Shown here: positions 40,475 through 49,574 of the stretch, piece after piece
Layout: each line of letters starts with the position of its first letter
How positions within the stretch are numbered: position 1 is the stretch's first letter
IMG/VR virus record: IMGVR_UViG_3300025875_000001
Span: 1 to 64,000 of that record
Direction: 5' to 3' (one strand)
DNA: 64,000 nucleotides
Source: a virus
Program-made: the position numbers and the translations under genes
Notes under the pieces: generated by a model
The model's database searches: none
What the model was told of the DNA's origin: nothing
Seen by the model: only the letters and a program-made list of their open reading frames with translations

Positions 40475-40802
40475 TTGCTCTTAGCTTTTCCTCTTCCTTC
40501 ATAGCTTCTAAATCTAATGGGTCTGGAACTAAACCAAACTTTAATCTTAACAGTTGCTCTTGATACTCTTCATCACTAACTGGTCTCACACCCGGCCTAA
40601 ATTCTGGCCTACCACCTTCAAAACATCCATAGTGTTTAGCGGCCTTAGCTAAAGCGGCGATCTTTTCTAAGTCACCCTTCATAGAATGAATAAGCATATA
40701 GCCATCACCATCTCCTGCATAACCACCTTCTTCTGTACGCCAAAGATAAACTCCATAATTTGGTTCATCTATTATTTTCATTGCCATAATAGCAATGTAC
40801 AA
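40461..40802 (-). CDS. hypothetical protein
   Basis: 113-aa ORF upstream of portal. Confidence 0.7.
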   Translation of the reverse strand: MYIAIMAMKIIDEPNYGVYLWRTEEGGYAGDGDGYMLIHSMKGDLEKIAALAKAAKHYGCFEGGRPEFRPGVRPVSDEEYQEQLLRLKFGLVPDPLDLEAMKEEEKLRANGRR

Positions 40803-40846
40803 TATAATGACTATTAACGCAAATAACGTACAAACAATTGCACATT

Positions 40847-42427
40847 TTAGGCGTTTGACCAGCTATAAGAGTACAAGTCCCAAGCATTTACTAACTCAGT
40901 TACGCCAACTGTTGCATTATCTTCTATAATATATTTTCTGCCACCTGTATAAGCCCTATATATTCTTTCTACCTGATCACTTCCTATATCATTAGCATAC
41001 AAATTTACACTACCTATTTGACCTATTAAATCATTAGAGCCTGAACCTACAGAGGCAGAACCTACAAAAATTTGAGCATTCGTACCAGATCCAAACAATC
41101 CTGTAACATGTACCCATTCACCACTCTCAATAGAATGGTCAACTCCTAATTTACCATTTATATAAACAACATTACCGTTTGTTTCTAATGCACCATAACG
41201 GACACGCAAGTATTCACCTGTTGTTGTCGAATATATATATGTATTTTTTAGATCATCTAATCTAAACCACATATCTATACCATAAACAAGGGATTGACGA
41301 GCAGCTTGAACTTCCGAATTTATTTCTATACGACCATTATTCATTCGAGCCCCGCGCAATTCATTATATTCTATTTGATCAGTAACTTTTTCGCATGTAA
41401 CTATATCACCGACAAGAGTAGCATCTCTAATTAAAAGCTCGTTATTATATTCAGAAGTAGTATATAAAACAACCTCTAACTTATTTACAGTAGCCGGACC
41501 ATTAAAAATTATTCTAAAGTCTATATTATATCCAGGTATACCATTATTTACACCCGGTATAGTTTTAAGCTTTTCACAACGAGTCCATGTTTGTCCATTG
41601 TCTAGACTAGATTCAACAACAAAATCGCCAATGCCATACCAATTAATCTTAGATCTTTTAACTTTTTCTGTAAAAGGTACAGGAACGATACCTTGCCACA
41701 TTCCGCCAACAGTTCCAGTAATTGAATCTGTAATAGATACTTCTTTATAAATTCCATTAGTCCACGACTCATCAACCCCCCAAATTTTTTTTATTTCCAC
41801 TGCATCTGGTTGATCTTCAAAGTTATAAATTAATGCACCTAGGTCAGAAAGATTGGCGGTTATTGATGGTATGTCTCTACCCATACGATAATGTTTATTA
41901 ACTACATTAGCTACTAGGGGAGCATCATAAAAAGCAATTCCATCTATTGCAACCCTACCTGAACCCGCGCCAGCTACAAAATTCGACTCATCTAGCAAAA
42001 AAATGCCAGGCTCTATAGATATTTGATCATATAGTCTACCGTTAATATACAATGATATTGCATCTACACTATACTCTGCCACCACATGCAGACATTTTCT
42101 TTCATCATAATCATATTTTATCGTATATGATCCTGTTGACAACTTTACTGTAAATTCTATACCTTTGTCCCAATAAATACCACCGTTGCCCCCGGCCAAA
42201 ATTGAAACTTTTTGTGAAGTATAAGGTAGGCACCAAGCTTCTAATGAGGTTATTTGATCACTTTTTTCTACAGAGAATGCATTTGACACAAAAGTTTTTT
42301 CTACGCCATTGCCTACTATAATAGAATTTTTATTGCCAGCAATAATAGGCGCAACATTTTTAGCTGCATCATCGGAAAAATCTGTAGAAAATATAGGCGA
42401 ATCTACTCTAAGTTGATCTATATACAT
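40847..42427 (-). CDS. LamG/concanavalin-A-like domain virion protein
   Basis: SLEAW...HVVAEY...ISLYING and second EWVHVT LamG-like repeat. Confidence 0.7.
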   Translation of the reverse strand: MYIDQLRVDSPIFSTDFSDDAAKNVAPIIAGNKNSIIVGNGVEKTFVSNAFSVEKSDQITSLEAWCLPYTSQKVSILAGGNGGIYWDKGIEFTVKLSTGSYTIKYDYDERKCLHVVAEYSVDAISLYINGRLYDQISIEPGIFLLDESNFVAGAGSGRVAIDGIAFYDAPLVANVVNKHYRMGRDIPSITANLSDLGALIYNFEDQPDAVEIKKIWGVDESWTNGIYKEVSITDSITGTVGGMWQGIVPVPFTEKVKRSKINWYGIGDFVVESSLDNGQTWTRCEKLKTIPGVNNGIPGYNIDFRIIFNGPATVNKLEVVLYTTSEYNNELLIRDATLVGDIVTCEKVTDQIEYNELRGARMNNGRIEINSEVQAARQSLVYGIDMWFRLDDLKNTYIYSTTTGEYLRVRYGALETNGNVVYINGKLGVDHSIESGEWVHVTGLFGSGTNAQIFVGSASVGSGSNDLIGQIGSVNLYANDIGSDQVERIYRAYTGGRKYIIEDNATVGVTELVNAWDLYSYSWSNA

Positions 42428-42433
42428 ATTTTT

Positions 42434-42461
42434 ATTCTACTGCTATACCTTAGAAATGCAA
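42434..42461 (-). promoter_or_regulatory. putative promoter for leaderless LamG gene, fused to upstream hairpin
   Basis: TTGCAT-16-TAGAAT, 6 nt before ATG, no SD. Confidence 0.5.
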
Positions 42462-42613
42462 GAACCCCAGCCTGTAAGTGATTACTAAAATCACCTGTAA
42501 GCCGGGGTCTTGCTGTAACTATCTCATCCTAAGGTAGACCAATTCGCACGAATTGACCCAACAACTATCAGTCTGTCCATCGGCCCACAAGCCGTGCAGT
42601 CCCCGAAGGTTGT
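42455..42613 (-). ncRNA. candidate structured small RNA of unknown family
   Basis: own consensus promoter, several stems, terminal long hairpin, no ORF. Confidence 0.55.
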
Positions 42614-42619
42614 ATGTTT

Positions 42620-42648
42620 ATTTTAACCTAAGAATAAAATTATGTCAA
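42620..42648 (-). promoter_or_regulatory. near-consensus sigma70 promoter overlapping the endolysin stop codon
   Basis: TTGACA-17-TAAAAT. Confidence 0.8.
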
Positions 42649-44201
42649 TCTTCTATCTTCCACCCACCGTCACTATCTACATAAATTGTAGATTTTTCAA
42701 ACTTCTGTGACCAGCTTCCATCTTCATGCTGCTTTGGCTCTTCCAAAGGATATCCTGTATATCTGCTGCGAGAATAATCTCCAAATGACCATACGTCAAA
42801 TGCTGGTCCCCAACTAGCTACCGCCAAATTAGTTCTAGGATGCCAATTGATTGCACCTCTTTCAAAGTTAACAAATGCTCCCCCGGCAGAATCAGCAAGG
42901 TCGTTTGTAGTAGGCCATCCTAAAGGACTACGAGGACCACCTAAAGCTACATATTTGTCAAGAATTCCCCCGACAAGATAATAACCTTTATCCTTACCAT
43001 CATTTTTATAAAAAATGGTTCCTCCTGTAAACCTTTGTGACCAACCAAGGATATCAGCTCCGTCTGTTACAGGAACTTCATCCTCTACAGGCCAGCCCAA
43101 GAATCCCTGCTCATAACCATGAGAAGCCCAAGCCTTTCCAATACCACCACGAACCACATAAGCCTGAGGTGTGCCAGCCTGATAATAAAGAGAACCGTTT
43201 TCGAACCCTTGCATCCATCCACCTTTTACCGCAAGCTCATCGCGCACCGGAAATCCCAAAATACTTTTTTCTACACCTAATTTTTCATAACGAGTAGCCA
43301 ATGCTCCCTGTACGGCAAATGAACCAGTTTTTGCAGTACCAAGTGCCATTCCTCTTTCAAACCTAGAAATTCTTCCTCTACCATCACCAGTTGGGTGCTC
43401 ATCTGTTACTGGATAACCCATTGCTGAATTTTCATATCCAACTCTCTTATAAGCATCTAAAATTCCACCTTGAACAGCATAAGCTTCTGGCAGACCGGCC
43501 TTCGCCCAAATAGAAATACCCGGACCGAATCCCTGTGTCCAACCATCTTTGAGCTTAATTTCAGCTGCTGATGCTTTGTCTACAATATTTAACTTGGTAG
43601 CCTTAGCATTTATCGATCCATATACAGGATAGGATATCTTAGCAGGTACCACAAGATCTGGACCTTTCAAAAGACTAGATACTTTAGCTTTCAGTGCTCC
43701 ATAATCCATACCTGATGTATCGACCTTACGTCCCCTAGGAAGTGCATAATCTGCGTGGCGAGGCATCCAATTAATGTCTCTACCTGTCTCTTGCAATATA
43801 GATGCACATAACTTTGCGTATGAATCTAATTGAGCTGCTGACCAACTTGCAACAGATCCATCACTTTCTGCTTCAATCCCGGCAAAATGACCATTTCCAT
43901 CAGTTACACCATTCCAATTACCTGCACCAGAATGCCAAGAAACTTTTTCGTTAATGCAATATATGGTTCCTGAACGTCCCAAACCATACATACACAAACT
44001 ATTCTTCAAATCAGAACGACCATCACGAACAACTCTTAAAGTTGGATAGTCTCCTGCTGCTGATCTAGAACTACCAGTGTGGTGCAACATAGGGCCATAG
44101 ATGACTCCCATTTGCCCCTGGTTATGTCCAGACCACGCTTCTACTACTGGGTAGCCAGTTCGTCTAGCTACTTTTAATACAATCTCTCTTGACCAACCCA
44201 C
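42645..44201 (-). CDS. endolysin: N-acetylmuramoyl-L-alanine amidase (Amidase_2) with LGFP repeats
   Basis: MLHHTG, WHSGAG, GIEAE, HADY...RKVD amidase motifs; repeats MGYPVTDE, LGFPVRDE, LGWPVEDE, LGWPTTND. Confidence 0.92.
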   Translation of the reverse strand: MGWSREIVLKVARRTGYPVVEAWSGHNQGQMGVIYGPMLHHTGSSRSAAGDYPTLRVVRDGRSDLKNSLCMYGLGRSGTIYCINEKVSWHSGAGNWNGVTDGNGHFAGIEAESDGSVASWSAAQLDSYAKLCASILQETGRDINWMPRHADYALPRGRKVDTSGMDYGALKAKVSSLLKGPDLVVPAKISYPVYGSINAKATKLNIVDKASAAEIKLKDGWTQGFGPGISIWAKAGLPEAYAVQGGILDAYKRVGYENSAMGYPVTDEHPTGDGRGRISRFERGMALGTAKTGSFAVQGALATRYEKLGVEKSILGFPVRDELAVKGGWMQGFENGSLYYQAGTPQAYVVRGGIGKAWASHGYEQGFLGWPVEDEVPVTDGADILGWSQRFTGGTIFYKNDGKDKGYYLVGGILDKYVALGGPRSPLGWPTTNDLADSAGGAFVNFERGAINWHPRTNLAVASWGPAFDVWSFGDYSRSRYTGYPLEEPKQHEDGSWSQKFEKSTIYVDSDGGWKIED

Positions 44202-44369
44202 TTACTCCACCACCTTAGTATTTTCTCTAAGCCAATCGTCGTCTACATAATCTTGCTCGCTAAACTCCGATGCTTTCCAATCTTTCTTGTCACCATCTGC
44301 AACTAAATGCTGTGGCGCCTCAACTTCTTCTGTTTTAAATTTACTTTTTAACTTATCTACAAGTCCCAT
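44202..44369 (-). CDS. hypothetical protein (55 aa, not in ORF track)
   Basis: Manual translation MGLVDKLKSK...TKVVE; AGGAG SD; no transmembrane segment. Confidence 0.7.
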   Translation of the reverse strand: MGLVDKLKSKFKTEEVEAPQHLVADGDKKDWKASEFSEQDYVDDDWLRENTKVVE

Positions 44370-44400
44370 TATCGTCTCCTTATTTTTCTACTACTCTTTC

Positions 44401-44429
44401 ATAATACGACTCCAATGTTTACAACGCAA
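44401..44429 (-). promoter_or_regulatory. putative SigA-type promoter for lysis genes
   Basis: TTGCGT-17-TATTAT. Confidence 0.6.
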
Positions 44430-44461
44430 AAAGCCGGGCAAGGATTCCTCCCTACCCGGCA
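44427..44461 (-). terminator. intrinsic terminator after RNR
   Basis: GCCGGG...CCCGGC stem followed by TTTTT. Confidence 0.8.
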
Positions 44462-44471
44462 ATTCGCTAAT

Positions 44472-47447
44472 TTAATTCGCTGATCCAACTATCTCGCAAG
44501 CTGAGGAAGTACACGCAAGCGTTTGACTTCCTGTTGTATTATCCTCTGCTTCGAACAGACTCAACATATTCCAGTCAATTTCTTTTGGCATATCGGCTTG
44601 AAACTGATTATATCCAGACTCATCGGTATCCTGATATGGTGCTTGCTGATAAGTATGCTCAGAATATGGTAGGAAACTAATACCACCAACATGCTCCCAA
44701 TTCTTGTACACCCAATTAGCGACTTCAATCCATTCATTTTCACGAACATTAATAGTTACACTTGGGTTGTGCTCAGTCCAATTGAGTTTGTACGTCTTCC
44801 AAAATTCTAGATGATCGATGGCACTCAACTGCAACCTAGTTACAGCGCCTTCTGGTGCCTTCTGAGGAAAATAGAACACTGTCGTGCCTTCTGGGTTCAT
44901 AACGTCTGGCTCATTTGGTACACCCTGAAACTTCATAAATTCAGTTAGTGGGTCCTTGTTGTCCTGACGGACCGACCTGATGTAGTAATCATTGTGCCAA
45001 GGGTGCATACCTGAACTTGTTGCTGTTAGCTGACTTACTGTTCCACTTGGCTTTACAGTTGTAATTGCAGCACTACAGTTGATTCCCATAGCGTCTGCAA
45101 TTACCATATTGGCAGTTATAGCTGTAAGACGCATTATATTCAATGCTTTAGCTAATTCATCCGTGCCTTCACGGCCACTCATCAACTTATTACCAAATTG
45201 ACCTGTCAAACTAACGCCAAGCAGACGCTCTTCTTCGCAATTATCTTTCCAGATCTTACGCAAGTACCTAAAATTTGTAAAGCTTGATTGAATTGTTCCT
45301 AAAATTGAAGCAACATTGACCTTATTAGACAATGAAGTAATATCATCGTCTTCTTCTATGATAACTTCTGTTAAGTTACAGAATTGGTATGGACGTAGCT
45401 TAATCTCACCACAATTGTGTGTATAGATTCCATTGGCATCAAATGCGTTTACGTCTGGAACGATAGCATCATATACATCTTCTATACCCTCTGGCTCTAT
45501 AGAAAGCACCTCAGCCTCAAATTTAGATTTATACATAGACCTAGTTCCAGATAGCATATCCGCAAGCTTCTTAGCCTTAGCAGAATCAACAAATCCAATT
45601 TTGTTCGCAAATACACCAATTGACTCTCTAGAAATGATCACCTCTGACAATGCCTGACAATAATATGGAGACATTTCCCTATTTGAATCTGGCAACATTT
45701 TAACTCCGGCATCTCTACGAGCATAAATTTTACCAAGGATTCCCAATCTACCCAGCATTCGCTGTACGCCGCCCAAATTATCTAGCGAAATGCTAGTAAG
45801 CCGGACAGACCGTCCTTTAATACGATCGCCTTGAACACTGCCATCGGCATCAAAGTAACCCCTAAGAAACCCGTGATAAAAATCGCTAGAAGCAGACTCT
45901 ATTTCCTTAGTTACTCGCTTGTTATCAAGTAAACCGAATTGACGTGCCCACTCGGTTACAGTACGAGATGAAAGCCTCCACTTTTTCTCTTCACCTACCT
46001 GAGTTTGCAACTTGAACTCAGCATCATCAACAACAGATTCTACCTTGTGCTTGATATCTAGCCCATTTTCCCAAACGTCAATCAAGGCGCGAGAACCAGA
46101 AACACAGCCATCGCCTACAAGCAAACCAAGAACATACCCTTGATTCTCTGTACCAGGTCCACCCCAAGTGGCTCCATTATTATTGGATAATACTAAACTA
46201 TCACCCGGCAAAATATCTGACAGACTCTTCCAACCATCGGTAGTCATAAATCGGTGATCTTGCGTAGCCCTAACGGTGTGGCCAAATCTTGTATTGATCC
46301 TAAATACCTGCTTGGTGCCTGTCTTAAAAAAGCCCGTTGAATCGTTCAACTTACCATTAAGCATAAGCTTAGTCTCTACGTTAAGAATGTCAGATATTTG
46401 CCTAGGCCCATCTTCTGTAATTACCCAAGTCTCTCCGGTAAGGCATGGATTCAACCCGGCAATTTTGCTAGTGTCTCTACGTGGTGCATTCTTGTTGCTT
46501 TTCAAATCTGCCATGTTGACAATTCCACGCTCACCGGACTTAGACTCATAAAGGCTGGTCCACTCACGCAAGAATTCACCAATGCTCGGCTTTGCGTAAT
46601 ATGTTGCAGAGTTATTGGCAAGTCTGCGGTGACCGTAATCTTCCCACCACGCTCCACTCTTTGCCTTTGCCATATCAAAGCTATCTAAATCACTCATTGA
46701 AATAAGAGCTGAGCGCCTTACTCCACCTACTACAACGACATCACCAATTTTACACATAATATCGTGTACTTCGATATCTGTTAACTGGCGACCGGCGGCT
46801 TGCACAAAGATCTTGATCGTAAAATCAAACAAATCAATAAGTGGTTGTGGTCCCGATGACCTACCGCCAAATGTCTTTAGCCTTGCTCCGGCTGGCCTTA
46901 GCTGCGTCGGGTCGATTACTGGAATCTGACCATTGACCAAGTGATTAATCAATTGCCTGTAAGCCTTGGCCCAACCTTCTTTTGAGTCACCCACTACTAC
47001 AACATCTTTAACCTGCCTGAAAGCATTAGGCATTACTGGTAGCTGACAAACATACTTTGTCTCTACGCTAAATCCAAGACCGGTTCCATTCATTAGGATA
47101 TATAAAGCTTCATCAAAAGATCTTAATGAGTCTACTGGCATAAAACTACAGTTATACCCGGCGACATTGCTGCGCTCCAAAGCTGGACCGGCTGTCATAA
47201 GTGCTCTCATACTTGGCATAACCTTATGCTGCAAGATCATATCTGCGGCCTCTGTCCAGAAGTCATTACTAATTGCACCAGGATAATTCTTGTCCATATG
47301 ATCTGCCATAAAATCGATATAACGATTTACAGTCTCAGACCACGTCTCTCTTCTATTTTCTTCTTCTAACCATCTTGCATATCTAGACTTCGCAATGAAG
47401 CCTCTATAGGGATCTGTAATTGATCCCTGTTCGTCTATAAACGACAA
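44472..47447 (-). CDS. nrdJ: class II (adenosylcobalamin-dependent) ribonucleotide reductase precursor with intein
   Basis: VMPSMRALMTAG, YNCSF, GGVRRSALIS, NP-CGEI split by intein, TTVKPSGTVSQ, C-terminal CTSSAC. Confidence 0.93.
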   Translation of the reverse strand: MSFIDEQGSITDPYRGFIAKSRYARWLEEENRRETWSETVNRYIDFMADHMDKNYPGAISNDFWTEAADMILQHKVMPSMRALMTAGPALERSNVAGYNCSFMPVDSLRSFDEALYILMNGTGLGFSVETKYVCQLPVMPNAFRQVKDVVVVGDSKEGWAKAYRQLINHLVNGQIPVIDPTQLRPAGARLKTFGGRSSGPQPLIDLFDFTIKIFVQAAGRQLTDIEVHDIMCKIGDVVVVGGVRRSALISMSDLDSFDMAKAKSGAWWEDYGHRRLANNSATYYAKPSIGEFLREWTSLYESKSGERGIVNMADLKSNKNAPRRDTSKIAGLNPCLTGETWVITEDGPRQISDILNVETKLMLNGKLNDSTGFFKTGTKQVFRINTRFGHTVRATQDHRFMTTDGWKSLSDILPGDSLVLSNNNGATWGGPGTENQGYVLGLLVGDGCVSGSRALIDVWENGLDIKHKVESVVDDAEFKLQTQVGEEKKWRLSSRTVTEWARQFGLLDNKRVTKEIESASSDFYHGFLRGYFDADGSVQGDRIKGRSVRLTSISLDNLGGVQRMLGRLGILGKIYARRDAGVKMLPDSNREMSPYYCQALSEVIISRESIGVFANKIGFVDSAKAKKLADMLSGTRSMYKSKFEAEVLSIEPEGIEDVYDAIVPDVNAFDANGIYTHNCGEIKLRPYQFCNLTEVIIEEDDDITSLSNKVNVASILGTIQSSFTNFRYLRKIWKDNCEEERLLGVSLTGQFGNKLMSGREGTDELAKALNIMRLTAITANMVIADAMGINCSAAITTVKPSGTVSQLTATSSGMHPWHNDYYIRSVRQDNKDPLTEFMKFQGVPNEPDVMNPEGTTVFYFPQKAPEGAVTRLQLSAIDHLEFWKTYKLNWTEHNPSVTINVRENEWIEVANWVYKNWEHVGGISFLPYSEHTYQQAPYQDTDESGYNQFQADMPKEIDWNMLSLFEAEDNTTGSQTLACTSSACEIVGSAN
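45414..46445 (-). mobile_element. intein (344 aa) with LAGLIDADG homing endonuclease
   Basis: starts CLTGETW, ends GIYTHN before Cys+1; LGLLVGDG and FLRGYFDADG motifs. Confidence 0.95.
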
Positions 47448-47520
47448 TTATTTAACCACCTTCTAAAGAATTTTGTTCCTCTAGTATAACCCCAAATTGG
47501 TTATAACTTGCCCAATAAAA

Positions 47521-48477
47521 TTATTTTTCTAACTTTTTTATTACAGGCTCAAACGCATCGGACACTAGCTTAGTCCAATCATACGCTTTAACAAGAGAAG
47601 GTACCGAATCATATGCTTTACTAGCAACATTATCAAAATGTAACACAGAGTAACGATATGCAGCCTCTAAACTAGATATATCCGGCTCAAACATATGTCC
47701 CGGATGCATATTAGGCCACGGAGAGTCAACTAATTTTGAGCTTAAGCGTAGTGGAGGTTGTAAAAACTTTTTATACGGTGCCCAAGCTGAGGTACAAATC
47801 ACAGGCATTCCACTAGCCATCGCTTCTAATGGTATAAAACCAAAACCCTCTCCATAACTTGGATAAACCAACACATCATGATTCCTTACAATATCAGCCA
47901 GCTCCGAATCAACAACATCTCTTTTATCCAATATTATATTATTGTATGCAGTATTAACTGCAACATAATTATATGCTTTAATGGTTAAGCTAACTTCTTC
48001 CCCGCTGCCGAATACATTTCTAAATGCTTCAATCGCCATTGCTCCACCTTTTCGTGGCGCCGGTTCTCCTATATGTAAGAATTTAACTTTGTCTCCGGCC
48101 AATCTGCGTCTTGGACGCCAAAGATCTGCATCAATTCCATGCTGTAAAACTTTAGCTTCTATTCCCGTAGCATCATTGATCCAACGAGCCATAAGAGGAC
48201 TAGTCGTCCACAACTCATCAACGCTTTTCATATACGGCAACCATTTCGGCGGGACAACACTGGACTCCCATGGTGTATATCCTATTTTATAAGAATCTTT
48301 ACTAGACCATATCCAATTAGAGGGATGAGCCCAATTGATTTCTACCGACGCTGTTGGATCACGAAATGGCACATCATGACCTAAATCTTGAAGCGCTCTT
48401 GTTAATCTGTATCCTGCATTTCCAAACCCAGTTGATCTAATCATAGAATCTTCTGGCATTGATAAGCTTATTTTCAT
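47521..48477 (-). CDS. glycosyltransferase, GT-B fold (GT4-like)
   Basis: RKGG, YPSYGEGFGFIPLEAMASGMPVI (Ex7E) motif. Confidence 0.9.
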   Translation of the reverse strand: MKISLSMPEDSMIRSTGFGNAGYRLTRALQDLGHDVPFRDPTASVEINWAHPSNWIWSSKDSYKIGYTPWESSVVPPKWLPYMKSVDELWTTSPLMARWINDATGIEAKVLQHGIDADLWRPRRRLAGDKVKFLHIGEPAPRKGGAMAIEAFRNVFGSGEEVSLTIKAYNYVAVNTAYNNIILDKRDVVDSELADIVRNHDVLVYPSYGEGFGFIPLEAMASGMPVICTSAWAPYKKFLQPPLRLSSKLVDSPWPNMHPGHMFEPDISSLEAAYRYSVLHFDNVASKAYDSVPSLVKAYDWTKLVSDAFEPVIKKLEK

Positions 48478-48494
48478 AAGCTTAGTCTACCATA

Positions 48495-49574
48495 TTAAGC
48501 ACCAAAAATATCAACATGAAAGCGAGCAAATGTTAATTGCTGGTCCCCTTTTTCATAAAAACAACCCACTGAACCATCTGGCATCATAATCATTGTTGAA
48601 TATGCTGCTAGGCCAGGTTCTATTACTATAGAATAAGGCCATGTAGAACCATTATTTACACTTAAGTAAACGGTAAGATTTCTTCTTAAATTGACATCAT
48701 TACAATTTGAATGTAATAACCAAGAAGATTTTGAATTACCATTAACAGGATCGACCCGTATAACATCTCCATTACATTTAGGGTCTGGTAAAGAAGAATT
48801 GACTGTAGACCACGGACCAGCAATACTAGAGGCTCTACTAAATTTTCTAACTCCACTTGAATCTAGTGGCCGTCCGGTATCAAAAAGGCTTTGATCGTTA
48901 AGCTGAATTACTTTATGTTCGTCAATTCCTGATCCTAAAACTGATGCAACACGACTCCATGTAACACCGTGATCGTTACTAATAACGTAGCCAGCATATT
49001 GACCACTACCATCCTTCCAACAATAAGGAATCAACAACGAACCATTAGATAACTGTACACCTTTACCACCGCTAGCAAACACTCCGGTCATAGTATTGTT
49101 TTTAATGCTAGCAATCAAATCCTCACCCGCGCTCCACGTAACGCCATGGTCATCGCTATATTTTACATATGGATGCAATGTATTAGTAGAACCAACAGAA
49201 TTTCCATATCCACTATTCGGCCATCCTATACCGACAGGAGAGTAAGCATAATGACAAAATAACCTTCCGTTTACTCCAACACTAGGATCGTAAATCAGGC
49301 ATGGATCACCCATACCAATACTCCCAGCCTGTGTACCATCGCCGCCATGCAAAGCAACAATCTTTCTGGGCTCCCAAGAATAACCATAGTTTGTAGACCT
49401 CCTACAAACTATATCAACGTTATTAGGAATGTCTGCCGGACTTATATTTCTTGAATCATAGCAAGTAACAAGAGTACCATTATTTGTAATTGCTAATGCA
49501 GGTATTCTAAATAGTGATGCAGGCAAACCGGTCCAGTCTACCGTTGAATAAATAATTGGAGTTGAAGTTGTCAT
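48495..49574 (-). CDS. exo-alpha-sialidase-like (GH33, BNR/Asp-box beta-propeller)
   Basis: FRIPAL motif; Asp boxes STNYGYSW, SDDHGVTW, SNDHGVTW, SVNNGSTW; late AYS tyrosine. Confidence 0.88.
   Translation of the reverse strand: MTTSTPIIYSTVDWTGLPASLFRIPALAITNNGTLVTCYDSRNISPADIPNNVDIVCRRSTNYGYSWEPRKIVALHGGDGTQAGSIGMGDPCLIYDPSVGVNGRLFCHYAYSPVGIGWPNSGYGNSVGSTNTLHPYVKYSDDHGVTWSAGEDLIASIKNNTMTGVFASGGKGVQLSNGSLLIPYCWKDGSGQYAGYVISNDHGVTWSRVASVLGSGIDEHKVIQLNDQSLFDTGRPLDSSGVRKFSRASSIAGPWSTVNSSLPDPKCNGDVIRVDPVNGNSKSSWLLHSNCNDVNLRRNLTVYLSVNNGSTWPYSIVIEPGLAAYSTMIMMPDGSVGCFYEKGDQQLTFARFHVDIFGA

Noticed and set aside
42560-42580. Hammerhead ribozyme core (CUGAUAG on the minus strand)
   Set aside because: Does not match CUGANGA, and no GAAA/stem III arrangement follows.
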